This document shows, piece by piece, positions 58,169-60,683 of a stretch of 60,683 nucleotides of DNA. The notes under the pieces are model-generated. The model ran no database searches. It was not told where the DNA came from and saw only the letters and a program-made list of their open reading frames with translations. The stretch covers positions 1 to 60,683 of the forward strand of contig NW_027141754.1 of assembly GCF_036365525.1 (NCBI RefSeq), read 5' to 3'. The stretch's first letter is position 1, and every line of letters begins with the position of its first letter. The DNA is from Heterodontus francisci. Lineage: Eukaryota. A program made the position numbers and the translations under genes.

Positions 58169-60683
58169 CTGCATGGTCAGAACAATTGGTTAGCTCAGAA
58201 TCATTTCACCACCCCCCCCCCCCCCCCCCTCCACTTTCCTCTCCCGAAAGCACCGACACCCACTTGCCTCTGGCAGCACCCCCCTGAGTGGCCACTATTC
58301 AGCTGCGAGTCTCGAGGGTGGAGAGCAGGCAGGCTATTTGACTACCGGAGGCCCCACAGCCAATCCACAATGGCTGGTTTTCACAGCCGGGCGGGCGGTA
58401 GGAGGGAGGGATTAGTGGGGGGGTGGGGGGTCGATGGTGAAACTAACAGTAGCCCCCTCACAGGTGCTCCCGGATGTGACGGGATAACTCGGGAGCTCAG
58501 AGTCTGTTACACCAGGAGCAGCAGGAGGAGGTCATTCAGCCCGTCCCGAGCTAGTCTACACAGGAACAGGAGGCGGCCATTCGGCCCCTCTCGAGCCTGT
58601 TCTTGCCCCCGTACAGCTCAGCCAATCGCCGAGCAAGGTCACTGAGCAGCCAGCGAGAGTATAAATTAAACCAAACACCAACATAAGCGTGACGGGTCTC
58701 ACAGGGTCTCCTCTCGGCCTTCCCGAAGGCGGTCAGAGGTCCTGGCGGGTGCGGTCGGCGCACACAGGACAGGCGCTGCTCTCTGCTTAATTCCATCGGC
58801 CGCAGTGCTTTCCACCGGGAAGCAACGTCATCAAGATACTCCTTACACAGTGGCACACCCAGGGAAACGGCCCCAGTGATTCCTCTCGAGCTGTTATTAC
58901 TCAGCAGCCAGGGGGTCACGCACTGGCCCCCTTTAACCTGTTATCACCCGGTTAAGAAATCGTTTGACCGTGTGGCGTTTAATTCCCCCTCCCCCCCTCC
59001 CAACACCTTAACAATTCTGGTACGGAGAGGGTCAGTAACCGGAGCAGAGCCTGAAATCAGTAGTTGGCAAAGCACTCAAAGCTGCAACTCAGCGTGCCCA
59101 GCACTTAGCATAAATCTTTTAACACAGCTCTTCCCCCAGGAGAACTGCCATTGTCGGGCAAGCGGCCTCCAATTACCCGACGTGCTCGCTCCATTTTAAA
59201 CTGCTTCTCGTCTCTCACTAGCTGAAGCTGACCTCCCCCACCGGGAAAGGCTGCAGCGTCCTCACCTTCCTCCTCCTGTGCCGCTGATTGCGAGCTCATG
59301 TCACCCAGGATGCATGTGCTTCCTCGCGCCTATGTTAACCACAATTTGACCAGCACCATCTGTTCCGTGCCGGTGTTTCTGCTCCACACGAGCCTCCTCC
59401 CACCCTCCTACTTCATCTTCCCCGCCCACCCCCCCCCCCCCCCAATCACCATATCCTTCTATTCCTTTCTCCCTCGTGTGTTTATCCAGCTTCCCCCCCC
59501 CTCCCCGCCCCACTTAAATGCATCTACGCCGTTCGCCTCAGCCCACTCTCTGTGGCGGCGAGTCCCCATATTCTCACCGCTCTCCGGGTGAAGATGTTTC
59601 TCCTGAATTCCCCGATTGGATTTATTAGTGACTGTCTTATATTGACGAGCCCCCGTAGTTCTGGTCTCTCCCCCCACAACTGGAAACATCTTCTCTCCGT
59701 CTACCCCATTGAAAATCCCTTCATAATCTTTCAGTGCTCGGGAATGTTTGCGCACGCTCTGTTCTACGTGGAACAGCTGAGGTCTTTCACGGCACATCCA
59801 CGGAAGTGGATTTTGAGAGCTCTCCTTTGCAACCCCTTGAAGTCACCAGAATCAACACAGCTTGCCTCTGCCCACCCTGTCGAACGCCTCAATCATTTCC
59901 ATGCCTCCACTGGATCCCCTGGGTTTCCGCCAGAACATGGAGGGCCTCGGAGCTGCACCGCATTTAAACTTTACCCCCATGCTCCCTTCAGCGGTGGTCG
60001 GAGGGAACTTGGGCGGTCCAACGCTTTGTGAAAATAACACACACACGCACCCATTCGGATTTTCAGCTCAGATAGTCAGGTTCACCAGATAGTTAACTTC
60101 TCCACCACCAGTTAGCTTTTTACGCATGGCAAATCACTTGCAAACCAAAAGCAGTCTGGATTTTCACTTGATCGATAATGGCCAGTCGACTGGACTGAAG
60201 GTACACACGCACAAATCAGTTCTTTGCAAGCCTTCAACCCCTGAGTAGGCATAGGCGCCGTTTCTCTTTCCACCAAGGTTGGGCAATCGGCTTTAAATTT
60301 TTACCCACCATGCCCACAGCATCCCCCCCCCCCCCCCACCACCACCCCCCAGTGGAATCACGATGAACGGAAGAGGAACCTGGGTTAAGCCGGGCGTCTG
60401 GATCCCGGGCGATAGCAGGGCCCGCAACCCGGGGTGAAAGCGTCGGAACAGGACTTCCGCGGCTGCCCAGGAGTCCATGAACCGGAGAAAGAGCGTGCGG
60501 GACTCAGTCTGTCCCTCCCCCCCCCACCCCCCCCACCAGCCCCGCCGCTACACAACACCCTGGCAACAACACTCGGCACCAGGCCCTTGGTGAAAGGCTG
60601 ACCGGACCGGTGATGCACACAGGGAGGCACCCACACAGCTGTCCCGGTGTCCTTCAGCATGTTTTGTTTGTCGGGAGAGGAGA

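Noticed and set aside
58169-60683. DCTN2 microexons upstream of the EEL exon
   Set aside because: The AG...GT candidates I saw (~59040-59050, ~59266-59275) are 10-11 nt and would break the frame; none is supportable.

Overview
Eukaryotic, GC-rich, repeat-dense vertebrate DNA. The repeat content (CR1/L2/Tx1 LINEs, tRNA-type SINEs, minisatellites) suggests a cartilaginous fish, which is an inference. The window holds the conserved MARS1(+) / DDIT3(-) / MBD6(+) / DCTN2(-) block seen at human 12q13. I hand-spliced the last 6 MARS1 exons, the complete DDIT3/CHOP gene (250 aa, with a spliced 42-aa uORF and an AARE/AP-1/CCAAT promoter), a complete 1386-aa MBD5/6-family gene and 12 DCTN2 exons. Most notable: (1) the CHOP N-terminal W-x-[ED]-D helix occurs three times as a 27-aa tandem repeat, with an otherwise lysine-free protein; (2) Tx1-type retrotransposon pieces repeatedly join a ~70-bp minisatellite at the same nucleotide, suggesting a satellite-targeting site-specific element with a 3' hairpin; (3) the MBD6-position gene is MBD5-like and retains only the tail of the PWWP region; (4) a 3-kb higher-order minisatellite sits between the divergent DDIT3 and MBD6 promoters. 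Homology calls rest on recalled human protein sequences, not on searches. Repeat boundaries are approximate.
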